A stretch of 64,000 nucleotides of DNA from Anthoceros angustus (taxonomy: Eukaryota; Plantae; Anthocerotophyta). The stretch is taken from the NCBI GenBank assembly GCA_010909165.1, contig MU008158.1:180396-244395 (forward strand). The letters run 5' to 3'. The notes beneath the pieces are model-generated. The model saw only the letters and a program-made list of their open reading frames with translations, was not told the DNA's origin and searched no databases. The position numbers were made by a program, and so were the translations under genes. This document shows, one piece after another, positions 47,883 to 60,741 of this stretch (position 1 is its first letter; every line of letters starts with the position of its first letter).

Positions 47883-48254
47883 TTGAGCATGAACTTGTCC
47901 CTCTCACCTGCTTCCAATTACGCTCCCTCTCTTCCTATAACTAGTGCGATGGCCACACTGAGCACCATCGAACTATTGTTGCTTGTAGTCACTGTAGCTG
48001 CCCTCACCTTCTTCCTCGCCTGGTTTTCAAGATCTCACTGCTCCCATCAGAGGCTTGAGCTGTCCTCCATGGCAGACTCAATTCAGGGCTTGAGGTGCCT
48101 GAACTGTGAAAGGATATGGATACCAATTCACAAGTTCTCTGAGAGGCAATCCTGTCTTCACGCCATGTACTGCCTCGAGCCCAACGTTGTCTCCTTCTAC
48201 TCCTCAAAAGGCGCTCCATATCCAAAAGGTGAAAGCGAAGACCCGGCGTCTTGA
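47883..48254 (+). CDS. Antisense ORF in the 3' region of Copia D: one transmembrane helix plus Cys cluster
   Basis: TIELLLLVVTVAALTFFLAWF hydrophobic run, then C...CLNC...CLHAMYC. A charged ORF follows at 48385-48654 on the same strand. Confidence 0.5.
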   Translation: MSMNLSLSPASNYAPSLPITSAMATLSTIELLLLVVTVAALTFFLAWFSRSHCSHQRLELSSMADSIQGLRCLNCERIWIPIHKFSERQSCLHAMYCLEPNVVSFYSSKGAPYPKGESEDPAS

Positions 48255-48802
48255 TCACAAGTGGAAATCCTAAATGTATATACAGCTCATCACTTCCACC
48301 AAGCGACCTGCAAGGTGACTGAGCAAAGGGGAAAGAAAGGAGTGGCTGGCTATTGACCCGACTAAGGAGGAGCTGAAGGCCTACATGAAGATACCCCTCC
48401 CAGTGGATTCTGATGACGAAACCTATATGGAGATGGAATGGGGAGTGAAGCTTGTCAAGAAAGGTGTGAGACAAACTACAGCAAAACAAGTGAAGAAGGG
48501 TAACGACAGTGCTACAAATAGAGAGGAAAGCAAGAAGAAGACTGTTGCTGAAACGAGCGAGAAGGAGAAACCTGCTGCCCACATGAGTGATTCAGGAGTG
48601 TGGGTCAAGTTTGGACGTAAGTTGCTGTCTAAGAACGCTGTATTGAACTTCTGATACTTGCTAGGAAGACACTAATCTCTCCTGTGTATGTGCAGACCTT
48701 AATGAAGAGTTTGCCAAAGCTGATCAGGCTCGTGAAGACCTGGTAAAAACACTGAAGAAGTAAGGCAAGCTCCCACTGGAGGATTAGAAGTGAAGGACCT
48801 AG

Positions 48803-51800
48803 CTAGTGGGCAGTGCCCTTGATAGCAACAGCAGGAATATCACAAATGCCAGCAGAAAGTGTGTGCTTTTCATGTACTGGCTTCGAGAGAGCTTTTGTAA
48901 GGAGATCTGAGACATTGTCCTCTGTAGGAACATAAGATACTATTACCTCTCCCTGCTTTGCGGCTTGACGAATGAAATGGTGGCTGATCTCGATGTGTTT
49001 GGATTGGCAGATTGGTTGTCGCACCAGCGTGGTGTTGGTCCTGGTTGGAGTTATCCAAGTCCCTTAAGAAAATTTCGGATCCATATTACCTCCTTAGATG
49101 CTTGAGTCATGGCTGCATATTCTGCCTCCGTTGAGGAAAGGCAAATGGTTGATAACTTTTTGCTAGACCATGACACTGCAGAATTACCCATGAAGGTACA
49201 GTATGCTGCAACACTGCGACGAGTGTCTGGATCCCTCGCCCAATCCGCATCACAATAAGCTGTAAGGTCTAAACTATCCTTGGACTTTGAAAAGCGTAAC
49301 CCTTGCCTAGCGGTTCCTCTGAGATACCTAAAAATGCGCTTAACAGCAGTCCAGTGAGGCTATCTAGGATTTTCTAAGAACTGGCTAATAGCTCCCACTG
49401 CCATGGTGATATCCATGCGTGTCCAGCCAGAAAGGTAAATCATCGAGCCAACTGCTTGCCTGTAGGGGATCCTACTCATAAGCAGTTTTTCTTCATCCGT
49501 TGTGGGACATTGCTCCAGAGAGAGCTTCTCCCCTAAGGCCATTGGAGTTGAAACTGGCTTGGAATCCAACATGTTGAAGCGCTTGAGGAGTTGATGGACA
49601 AAATGCTCTTGGTGAATGTCGATAGTGCCATCAGTCCTATTGAGGTGGAACTGAACACCCAATGAAAAGGTGAGTTCTCCAAGGTCATTCATTTCAAATT
49701 GAGAGAGAAGAATTTGCTTGATTCAAGCCATAAATGTAGCAGAATTGCTAAACAGAAAGTTGTCGTCAACATAAACGGTGAGGATCACAAAATCTATCCC
49801 GTCCCATAGGATATACACACTAGTGTCCGCATCGAGACAGGTGAAGCCCAGTTCAATAAGAAGTTTGTGAAATACCTCATACCAAGCTCTAGAAGCCTGT
49901 TTAAGACCATAAAGTGTCTTAGGAAGCTTGCAGACTTTGTCCTCATCTATGACGAAACCCTCTGGTTGGCACATATAGATGTCTTCCTCCAACAAGCCAT
50001 TCAGAAAAGCCGTCTTAACGTCCAGTTGGTGTACAAGGAGGTTATAGTGGGCTGCTATAGCTAGCAAAATTCGTACAGAGGTAGACTTAACAACGGGTGC
50101 AAAGGTTTCGTTGTAGTCAAGACCAGGTATTTGGCTATAGCCCTTGGCCACCAGACGTGCCTTATATCTACCAACAGTTCCATCAGTGTTCAACTTCTTC
50201 TTCAAAACCCACTTGCAGGCTACAGGCTTTCTACCTTTAGGAAGGTCGACTAGTTTCCAAGTTTTGTTTTTGATGAGTGACAGGTACTCAGACTCTGTAG
50301 CTGCTTGCCAAAAAGAGGCCTCAGGGCCTTCTAAGGCTTCCTTATAAGTGGATGGTTCTCCTAAAGATGCTGAAACACTTAGGGCTAATGCTGGGGACAT
50401 TGCTACATGTGCGGTATAAGGTGGTTCTCTCCATTCAGACATGGGTTTGCGGATGCAAGTGGAACGACGAAGAGGTGGAGGCTCATCTTCCGGGTCAGAC
50501 TCCAAGATGCTATCAAGAGTGGGATCTATTGTGTGATCGGACAAGACATCAGAAGTACCTGAAGTGCTCTCATCATTATGGCCTGCTGGAGCATTATGGT
50601 CTGCTGTAGGACCTATGTCAACTGGGGGAACTTGGTTGACAGCTTGAGTACCATCTGGTTGAGTAGCATCTGGTTGTGGTGCCCCCTCTTGATCCGAAGA
50701 TGGAAACAAATCATCGTCGTCAAAGAAACTAACCTCATCAGCATCAACAGGGTCAGGATCATCATTACCATAAATTGAAGCAGGAGGTGTAGTTGCATCC
50801 GAGGGTAAGGCGAATTGTCTCTTCATGTAAACAACATGAAAAATGACACTACGTGATAGGGTAAGCTGGTGATGTGAGTTAAAGGCTTGTATCCTTCACC
50901 TCTTGATGCAGAAAGACATGCTTGGAAGCCTTGGGGTCAAGCTTGGAACGCTGTGCTGGAGGTACAAGACGATGTGTGTGCTCCAAAAATACGAACATGG
51001 CGTGCATCGAGTCTTCTCCAAAAGAGTCAAAAGGGCCAAGATAAGATTGTTGGCAGCGATTTTGTACATAGTTCGCTGCCATCAAAGCTTGTTAATACCT
51101 ACGGGTAAGTCCGGCAAAGAGGCGGAGGCAGTAGCCTCTGTGAGTTCTATTCTTGCGTTCCGAGAAAGCATTTTGCTACGTGTAGAGCACAAGATGGCGA
51201 TATAGGATGCCTTCCTGCTGACAAAAGGCTACGAAAGCATGAGTGGTGTACTCACCACCATTGTTTGTCCTGAGTATTCGCACCTTGCAGGAAGTCTGTC
51301 GCTGGGCATATGCGATGTAAGACTTAAAACAGTCGAAAGCTTCACTTTTGTGTCGTAAAAGAAAAACAACACAGTATCGGCTCCATTCGTCGATGAAAGT
51401 GATGAAATAGTCTGCTCCGCCAAAGGACGTGGTCGACATGGGACCACAAACGTCACTATACACAGTGTGGAGCAACCCATCAGCACGACTTAAAGACTTG
51501 TCTTTGAAAGGGAGGGCGTGTGCCTTACTAAGCTGACATGCCTCGCAGAAAGCATCCTTGTCAAAGGGAAATGACAGAGGTTCCCTGTAACTCTCACCTT
51601 GTATGAGTGTGCCTAGACGCTGGAAGTTAACGTGACCTAGACGGCAGTGCCATAGCTGAGTAGAAATAGCCTGTGTGGCATGAACAGATTGAAAGGAAGT
51701 GGTAACTGTTCTAACATTCAGCAAATAAAGGTCATGGTAGGGTGAACCTGTAAATAAGGTGTGATCTGCCCTAACTTGTGTGACGTAACAACCTTGCTGA

Positions 51801-52396
51801 TCAAAACTCACTCGGCAATTGTGTTCCTGTGTCAGCTTCAAGACAGACATGAGATTCTTAGTCATGGAGGGAACATAGAGGACATCTGTGAGCGTAAGGT
51901 TAGAGGAATCTGGTAGGGTAATGAGAACTGAGCCTGATCCTTTGATGGAAAGTCCACTGTCATCACCCAGGAGCACAAACTGCTTAGTATCACTAGACAA
52001 AGTGAAAACTGAGAAGGCATTCCTATGAAAGCAGATGTGGCTAGTACCCCCTGAATCTAAAAACCATGAGTCGGGGCTTGGATAGGCAAGCATGAGGATA
52101 GTGCGCTTGTGTTGATTGGCCGGTGACATTACTCTCTGGTTGGTGGTCACGCTTGGGCTCCCGATTCTTCTTTTTCCGGCAGTCTCGTTCGTAATGACCG
52201 GGTATCTTACACCAGTTGCACAAAAAAGTCTTCTTGGAAGTAGTGTCTCTCTATGATTGTTGTGAGGATCCACGACCTCTACCTCTGCCTCTGGATCCTC
52301 CTCGTCCTCATGTGAAGAGTACGCGTGTACTCCTGAATGTTGAGCCTTTCGACTTATGAAAGCTCCTATTGCACTCCTCAGATATGAGAGCACCAA
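48803..52396 (-). pseudogene. Copia D pol (protease, integrase, RT, RNase H)
   Basis: WFLDSGGTSHIC; LWHCRLGHVN; VYSDVCGP; FIDEWSRY; [12 protein letters not shown]; LYGLKQASRAW; YVDDNF; SKHIEISHHFIR...DLLTKAL. Confidence 0.95.
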
Positions 52397-53716
52397 TTAT
52401 CTCCCCGAGAGTCACCTTCGGTTGTTGTCCAGCAGTAGCTGCCTGTACGGCTGTGTGGATGGTGGCATTCTGACTGCCAACAACTTGCTGATAACTCTCA
52501 AGAAAAGAAGCCAAGAGGCTGATGGCAGCTTGAACTTCTGTCAGCACTGTACCACAATAAGCAAGGTTAGCACGAAGTGTCCTAAACTTGTTAATATATG
52601 CCTCAACAGGCTCATTGTCTCGCATTCGGAGGTTGAAGGCGCATGCACAAGAGATGCAGAGCTCTTGTCTTGGTAGATGGACTCAAAGTCTTTCCATACA
52701 TCATGAGAGGTTTTGGCACCTATGGTGTGTGGCATCGTGTTTCTATCTAAGGCAGCAATGAGTATAGAATGTGCATGCCTATCCTTCCGCTCCCATGGGG
52801 GCTAGGATTTCGTCTGCCGTTCTAACAGGGTTTGTGACCTTGGGTTCTGTCCCATCCACGATGGAAAACAACTCATTCTCTTCGAAAATTTGAGTCAATC
52901 TCCTGACCCAGATGCCGTAATCTGTACCATTAAACCTGTCTTTATCTCTAAACTCTATCTTCAAGCGAGTTGAGACAGTAGGAGCAGGAAGTGGTGCTGG
53001 TCCTCCAGACATGGTGACAGGCGCTAAAATACTGTTCAAGACAAGTTGTAACAGTTTCTGCCTCTCAAGCTCTAGAAGGTTGCGTGGTGAGAAATCCCAC
53101 GCAGGATAAGTAGCAGCATCAGCAAAGAGAAAAGATATATCTTCACTGAGTTCATTATCAGCTGATGAGCCATCCGACATAAAAGGGTAAGAGATTACAG
53201 AAGGTGCAGGGCACCAGGGGACGATTGCGGCCGAATCTGGTGGACATGGATTCCACTGCGGAGTGTCCTTCGCAAAGCAGATGTATTTGCTTACATCGGC
53301 CACGGCGGTTGATGAAGTCATCTCGCCTTTGCGCTTGTTGCGTGCTCCTGAGAGCTGCCCCAAGATGGCGACTTCCCTTCGTGGCAGTTTGTGGTTGTCT
53401 TGTTGGTGTCAACGCTCCTCACAGGGCATGTCGCTCGGTGAAGAGGTGCTGATGGTCGGCGGAGTGGTTCTCGCACTAACTGAGATGCTCTCACAAACCG
53501 ATTTCGTGTGGTCGATGCAGGCTCGCTCCTCTCCTCTGATATGCAATCTTCGCAAAGGAATTGCCGCTTTGTCCCGGGGGAAAAGAACGGGGAAGACGCT
53601 TGTGAGAAGATCTGGGAGGAGGCGATCGAAATCTATGCCTCGGCATCTTGAAAACAGGACAACCAAATCATGGGGCCTTTAGGTGCACGAGCGCCCAATG
53701 CTTTCGCCTAAACCTT

Positions 53717-53728
53717 GCTCTGATACCA
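53717..53728 (-). other. tRNA-iMet primer-binding site of Copia D
   Basis: Perfect TGGTATCAGAGC on the minus strand. Confidence 0.95.
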
Positions 53729-53966
53729 TAAAAGCATTTACAAGTATGCCATAGCTAGATCACATGTGTAGGCGGTAGTCAAACCGAGCCGGGAGCAAGT
53801 GCACAAGTACAAGCAAGCACAAGGGAGAAGTGATGTTACATTAAAGGAAAATAAACCATATATACATAATAGCAGTTCGGTTCTGAATGAACTACTCAAT
53901 GAAAATATGAAACTACCTCGCTAATATTATATTAACCCAGATTATTAGGCAAAGGCTATTCTAATA
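53729..53966 (-). repeat. 5' LTR of Copia D (TA...TA)
   Basis: taaaagcattta...ctattctaata followed by the TSD cctcc. Confidence 0.93.
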
Positions 53967-54199
53967 CCTCCTCCCCATCCTTAGATCTTGTGCAAGTTCT
54001 CGTCTTTTGTTCTTTGGTCATCCTTGTCTTCTTATTTATCGTCGTTGGGGCAGCTTTGTCACCTCATCATCATCTTGGGTCATCCTGGTCCTGGTCCTGA
54101 CTCAATTGGCCCTAGCTCCTGGCCCAGCCTCAGGCCCTAGTGGTCCTAGCCTGCTCCCATGGCCCTGCTTTCGTGGCCCTGCTCCTGCCTTTCAGCCCA

Positions 54200-54312
54200 T
54201 TAGCCCTGGCCTGTCGCCCGCCCACCGCCTGGCCCGCCTCGCCCTGCTGCCCGCCCGCCCGCCCGCCGCCCGCCCTGGCCTCGCCGCCCGCCCGCCGCCT
54301 CGCCGCCCGCCT

Positions 54313-54343
<31 letters not shown>

Positions 54344-55006
54344 GCCCTCACCGTCGTCCTCATACTCATCCTCGACCTGGTCATCCCCGTTCTCAGTCTC
54401 ATTATTGACCGATAAGGTGAGTGTGGGTGGGAGTACTCGAGCGAAAATGGGTGGATCATTTTCTTGTCGTTCCTCGAGAAGAAGCAGAAGCATCTCTCTA
54501 TGATAAAAATCATAAAAGCTCAATAACCCCTCGTAGTACTCATATGGATCCTCAACCGCATCCTCATCCTCGTCCACATCCTCATCCTCCAAATCGTCGT
54601 CCTCATCCCCATCCTCGTCCACATCCTCATCCTCCAAATCGTCGTCCTCGTCCTCATCCTCGTCCACATCCTCATCCTCCAAATCGTCGTCCTCGTCCTC
54701 ATCCTCGTCCACATCCTCATCCTCCAAATCGTCGTCCTCGTCCTCATCCTCATTCTCATTCTCATCGGCCTTGTCCTCATGGGGGAATATATCACCTCTG
54801 CAATTGGGACATGTGGAATGATTCCCTATGATCCATGGCATCAAACATTGGTTGTGGAAAATGTGTCCACATGCATTCACTGTGATGATCTCTTCGTCGT
54901 TTAGAATAGGTTCAAGACAAATAGCACAATCTTTGGTCTCCTTGCCATAGCACTTGTTTAGTGTCACATTTGCACCATATAGCTTATCCATTTTCACTTG
55001 ACTCAA
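54200..55006 (-). CDS. RING-H2 finger protein (putative E3 ubiquitin ligase) with acidic repeat tail, 268 aa
   Basis: CAIC-x15-CGHIFHNQC-LMPW-x7-CPNC with all eight ligands present. Intronless. Tail contains 45-bp EDEDVDEDEDEDDDL repeats and poly-GE. Confidence 0.9.
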
Positions 55007-55764
55007 AGACTTATTAAGATGTCTAAAAGTGTTTTGTCTTATGTTATTTTATTTATGTCCTCAGTGGACTTAAATAAAATTCTTTTTCTTCTTCTATACT
55101 CAAATATTAGTATTCACTAGCTCTCATGATAAATATGCCATAAACATAGCATATATAGTAGTTTGAGGTGCTTATGTCTCGATGGTGGACAAAATTATAT
55201 CACACATGCATATATAGTAGCTGGATGGTGGTTTGGCAATGTAGAGTATACAAAACTTCGGAACTCAAGGGAAACTTTTAGAATTAGCAGATTATTTTAT
55301 TTCCACTAGAGAATATTTTACATCATATATATAGTTAGTATTTATATTAATTTAATATGTAGCATATTAATATGAAAAATATTTTAAAACCAAGTATTGT
55401 AAACTATTTTATTTATTTATTTAAAAAAAGATAATTGATCCCGTTTATATTGTTTTCCTCTGCGGGATTTACTTTTTATACTTTGTTGTAGAGAATTGGA
55501 TGCCGTTTTTTATGTCCAAGTATTTGGGAGGCCTTAGATCATTTGTATTTATATCTCAACTTCACTCAACAAGTTGGAATAGTAAAGCTTGTTTAAGGCC
55601 ATGAACTTCAAAGAACATATGATGTTTAAATGTACCAAAATTCATGGATATGCTGAGAGATATCGAGCAGCTAAGTTCAACTCTCCTTTTCATGGAAAAT
55701 TATGAGTTTTTGAACATAAAATTTTTTTCATGAAGATGTTACAAATATCGACCGGTCGGCTTCA

Positions 55765-56720
55765 GCTCTTGAGAAGCAGCTATAGGCAAAGTCCTAAGAA
55801 CTGCTAGCTGAACAAGATAATGAGCACGAATAATTGATTGCGCATGCATGGTATCAATCCTCACAAGATCTCTTAACCTATGCAACAGGTTGCCATATTC
55901 AGACTCCAAGTTTTTTATTTAGTCTAGACTCCTTCGGCTCTCAAGATGTAAGGCCCCTACATCACTAGCTACATACCTATTTTTCATCACTGTACAGTAT
56001 GCAATATTGCGTGCAAGCACCCAGCTCTCACGTCGTACGTATAGCTTGTGTTGCTCCTACTAAAATTATGCATATATTCATTGATATCGAGCAACCGGTT
56101 TCAGCTCTCCTATCTGCATCCAAGTGGTCACTAGAAGTTTCTAAAGGTACTAGATGTACTCACAAGCTCATAACCTTACCGGCCTCCCTCATGCGTTCAA
56201 GATTAGGGCTTGTCGATTATTACACGTCTAAAGTTTAGTTGTAGAGGTTGGCCATTGCATACATCGGCTACTCAAGCAACCCATTACCTAGGAATGATGC
56301 GATGCGTGTCAATAAGTTCTTGGAACTCTCAAGCCACAACTATAATCTTGAGCAACCAGTGCTACACATATGCGGCGCAACAACCTAGTTAAGCATGACC
56401 CTTCATTCTAAACAAAGACTTGAGAAGCAGCTATAGGCAGAGTCATAAGAATTGCTAGCAGAACAAAATAATGAAGATGAATAAGTGATTGCACACCCCT
56501 TGTATCGATCCTCACAAGGTCTCTTAATCTACGCAATAGGTTGCCATATTTAGACTCCAAGTTTTGCATTTACTAGTCTAGACTCCTCCAGCTCTTAAGA
56601 TGTAAGGCCCCTACATCACTAGCTACATACATGTTTTTCATCAGTGTACAGTATCCAATATCACATGCAAGCTCCAAGTTCTCACATCGTATGTACTGCT
56701 TGTGTTGTTCCCATCTAGTC
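55765..56720. repeat. ~300-bp direct duplication (55765-56060 and 56420-56720)
   Basis: cttgagaagcagctataggca...gatgtaaggcccctacatcactagctacatac in both copies; they differ mostly by substitutions. Confidence 0.88.
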
Positions 56721-57899
56721 CACCTCTTGTTTCTATGCATCCGATGAAAAAGTATGGGCTCGCAAATGGGTACGTGGCTCGCGCTCTCCTATTCACTCTA
56801 TGACAACGACAAGTGGTTGTCTTGGAACGTAATGTGGACTACATGTAGAGGGCACGCGCACTAGTCTTCATTTGCGGACATGCCATTGCTTTCACTTGGC
56901 AGAAACACAAGGAGGTCTTCTCAAGAGATCCTTGTGTTTCGTGCTATAGAGCATCATAGGCGGAGACTACAGACGACGTCACCTAATCAAACATATCCTA
57001 CAAGCAATCAAACAGAACTTTGCACCTGTGATTGCACATATGAGCGCGTTGGGACCTATTGTTCAATAGGTCCCAACGCGCTTTCACACTTTTAAAAGTG
57101 TGACAAAAGCCTGATGCTCATCCGATATGCTTGCATACCGGGCGAGCATCAGGGTAAGGGCGCCCTGGGAGAGGTAAGTCCTTGGCAGAAGGGGAGGAGC
57201 CTAGAAAGGACTTTCTCCAATAACCCCTTTTGCACACAGACTTCCAAGAACCCCAAATTGCATGCCAAAAATTATGCACTGAAAATGGCCATTTTGAAGA
57301 GTTTAGGTCTTATTTACGCGAGTACAAAAGTGTTTGATTTTAAACTTTATCAAATTCTGAGGTTTCCTGAAACAAGGTCATTCTCATGACGAATACGAAT
57401 ACAAATATTTAGAGTCTTTACAAAACATGCTGTGATTATAGTACGCAAACCTTTCACTGGCACCAGTCAGTCCTAAGACTACTCTCGCTCTAGGAATTCT
57501 ACAGGACCTTATCTCTCAAACATTGGGAAGATATTACTTCATGATCTTGATCCGCGTGCAATGCGAGAATGAGATAAGTATTATTTGTAGTTGGAGCTGG
57601 GCCCACGCCAAACAGCTCAAGATGCAAAAGGTCCTCATTACTTGTTCAAGGTGTGATCACGAAAAAAACGATGAGGGCTAAGTCAAGATGAGGACATATT
57701 CAGATTAGAGAGGTGCACAAATAGAGATGAAAATGCCAAAAAGAACCCTTTAAAATAAATTAAAAAATAAATACCAAAAACTACCATTTTGGTGTTTTGT
57801 TTTCTTTACTTTTGCTCATTTCTGCTGAGAATGAATCGTATGGGAATGCACCAAGGGGAATGAACCGTACGAGGTAATGTCCCCGGTCCTTCTTGGTCC

Positions 57900-58330
57900 C
57901 AGGTGTGCGCACTTGTGCGCACACTAGGCCCCCCTTGTGCCAAGGTTTGCACACATGGGCCTTCTTGCTCCCTAGTGCATACACTTGTGCGCATACCTGG
58001 GCCTTCTTGCCCCCTGGTGCATACACTTGTGCGCGTACCTAGGCCTTCTTGCCCGTTGGTGCATACACTTGTGCACGTACCTGTGCCTTCTTGCCCATGG
58101 TGCATACACTTGTGCATGTTTTTGGGCCTTCTTGCCCCCATGTGCACGTACTTGTGCGCGCACTAGGGCCTTTATGCCCCCAAGTGCACACTCAAGTTTT
58201 GCGCAACTGGGCCTTCTTCCCCCCAAGTGCATGCATGTGGGCTTTATTGTGCCCATGTGCACGCACAAGTTTGTGTAGCTGGGCCTTCTTACCCCCAGGT
58301 GTGCACATCTGGGTCTTCTTGCCCCTAGGC
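57900..58330. repeat. ~39-bp minisatellite (cacttgtgcgc...gggccttcttgccc)
   Basis: About 10 variant units. Confidence 0.9.
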
Positions 58331-59117
58331 GCGGAAACATGTTTGACCAAATGAAGAGTGCTAGGTGTGACTAAATGAACATGCAAGTGTGACACCGCAG
58401 GTTTGAACACCACATTGGAATTAGCATATACCCTCAAAAAGCGCATGAAAACAAGCCCCCTACGCGATTTTGCCCAAAAAACAGATGGGATTTTAGCCAT
58501 TTGCCGGAGAAACCCCTTACTATCTAGACGTTGTTTTGTGCTGTTCCACCTGGTCTTGCTCTTGTTTCCGTGCATATGATGAAAAAGTATGGGTGAAGAG
58601 CCTGCTGACTCCTTGACTCTATTATCGTCAGGGAGCGCATTGATCATCTGATGGAAGGGGATTTGGAAGGGGATTAAGATGCGAGCATAGCGTGCATGTA
58701 CCGCCTCCCCCGTGACATTATTGGCTAAGCATATGTCTTAGCTTGTCTGAACATTGTACAGTGAAGGGTCTCTGAGCCTGATGTACATGTCCTTGTCACA
58801 TGGGTTTTCACTTGTGGATTGAGTGTAAGAGTCCATGCATGAAAAAGTCAGCCAAGTTCTAAGGATACCCATTTCTAAGGATAACTTTGTTGTTGAGGCT
58901 GCACAATTGAGCCTCTACCTCATATACCTCACATATAGACGGCCAAGCTTAGAACAAACAGTCGAGTTCTAAGGACGACTCCGCTGTTTCATCCATTTTC
59001 ATTGTTGAGCCTTAGACTTCCTCATGTACTCTCACGCAGCCAGCCTGCCAAGCATGAAATAGTCAACAAAGTTCTAAGGAGAATTCCTTTGTTTCATCCA
59101 TTTGTACAATTGAGGAT

Positions 59118-59281
59118 CTACCTCATGTACCTCACACAACTAGCCGAGGCTCTACCTCATGTACCTCACACAACTAGCCGAGGCTCTACCTCATGTACCT
59201 CTTACAACTAGCCGAGGCTCTACCTCATGTACCTCACACAACTAGCCGAGGCTCTACCTCATGTACCTCACACAACTAGCC
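59118..59281. repeat. 34-bp tandem repeat, 5 copies (related shorter array at 46875-47005)
   Basis: ctacctcatgtacctcacacaactagccgaggct with period 34. Confidence 0.95.
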
Positions 59282-59660
59282 CATATTAAAAAATCATTAT
59301 CATGATCATTATCAAGGAGTAATCTTGCAGGAAAGACCGCAAACAATCATGTTTATCTTAACATATTATCAGTTGTGATTATTAAAAAATGCATGATTAT
59401 ATTTTCTTTTTTATTTTATTATGAATAATAATAACAATAAGAGGGGATGTTTTAATGGATGTTTATATAAATATGCATGGCATTTTCCAATCTTATAGTA
59501 GTTATTCCATCAAAGTTCCAAAATATTTGATGAGATCCTAGTCCTAGATCCTAGATCCCCTCCACCTCCCCTCCCCTCCCCTCCCCTCCCCTCCACCCTC
59601 ACCTCACCCCTCACCCTCACCCCTCACCTCACCTCCCTCACCCTCACCCTCACCCTCACC

Positions 59661-59671
59661 TCACCTCACCT

Positions 59672-59709
<38 letters not shown>

Positions 59710-60233
59710 ATGTCATCTGCATACTCATAGTCAGCCTCGTCAACCTCATCATCCCCGTCCTCGGTCTCATTATTGACCGGTAAGGTGAGCGTGGGGGGGA
59801 ATACTCGAGTGAAAATGGGTGAATCATTTTCCTGTTCATCCTCGGGAACGAGCGGAAGCATCTCTCTATGATAAAAAAGATAAAAACTCAAAAGCTCCTC
59901 GTAGTGCTCATATGGATCCTCAACCGCATCCTCATCCTCGTCCACATCCTCATCCTCCGAATCCTCATCTTCGTCCTCATCGTCATTCTCATTGGCCTTG
60001 TCCTCATGGGGGAATATATCACCTCTGCAGTTGGGACATGTGGAATGATTCCCTATGATCCATGGCATCAAACATTTGTTGTGGAAAATGTGTCCACATG
60101 CATTCACCGTGATGATCTCTTCGTCTTTTAGAATAGGATCAAGACAAACAACACAATCTTTCGTGTCCTTGCCATCGTACTTGTTCAGTGTCACATTTGC
60201 ACCATATAGCATGTCCATTTTCACTTGACTCAA
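59661..60233 (-). CDS. RING-H2 finger protein paralog, 190 aa
   Basis: CVVC-x15-CGHIFHNKC-LMPW-x7-CPNC. Close paralog of 54200-55006 with a shorter acidic tail ending in a (CTCACC)n microsatellite. Confidence 0.9.
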
Positions 60234-60741
60234 AGCCTTGTTAAGATGTCTAAAAATGTTTTGTCTTATATTATCTCAAATATTAGTATTCACTAGCTCT
60301 CATGATAAATATGCCGTAAACATAGCATATATAGTAGTTTGAGGTGCTTATGACTTGGTGGTGGACAAAATTATACCACACATTCATATGTAGTAGTTGA
60401 ATGGTGGTTTGGCAATCTAGAGTATGCAAAACTTAGAAAGGCAAGGAAAACTTTTGAAATTATCATATTATTTTACTTTCACTAGAGAAGGTTTTACAAC
60501 ATACGTATAGCTATTATTTATAATAATTTAGTGTGTTAATATAAAACTCGTTGCATGAAAAAGCTTTTTATCGGCCAGTCTGGAGAGATGGTGATTTTAC
60601 AAAGGTTGCTCAAATTCCCTTGGATATGCGCAGACATGGAGGGAAGAGCAAGATGAAGGCTGCAAATGGAGTAGCATATGCTCTTAGTGCTCAGAGTGAG
60701 CATAGGCATGAGATATGGGAAGAGGCAGAGGAACTGTCCAT

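Larger units (their letters stand above)
47539..53966 (-). mobile_element. Copia D: structurally complete 6.4-kb element with frameshifts and stops
   Basis: LTRs at 47539-47769 and 53729-53966; 5-bp TSD CCTCC (47534-47538 and 53967-53971); PBS at 53717-53728; PPT at 47770-47780; domain order gag-PR-INT-RT-RH. Confidence 0.97.

Noticed and set aside
54421-54831. Pro/His-rich and Arg/Met-rich ORFs (also 54007-54408, 54520-54795, 59819-60058)
   Set aside because: They are alternative-frame or antisense shadows of the acidic repeats in the RING genes.
56730-56860. MULE-transposase-like DEKVWARKWVRGSR...TT fragment (similar text near 58575)
   Set aside because: Too short and no catalytic motifs nearby.
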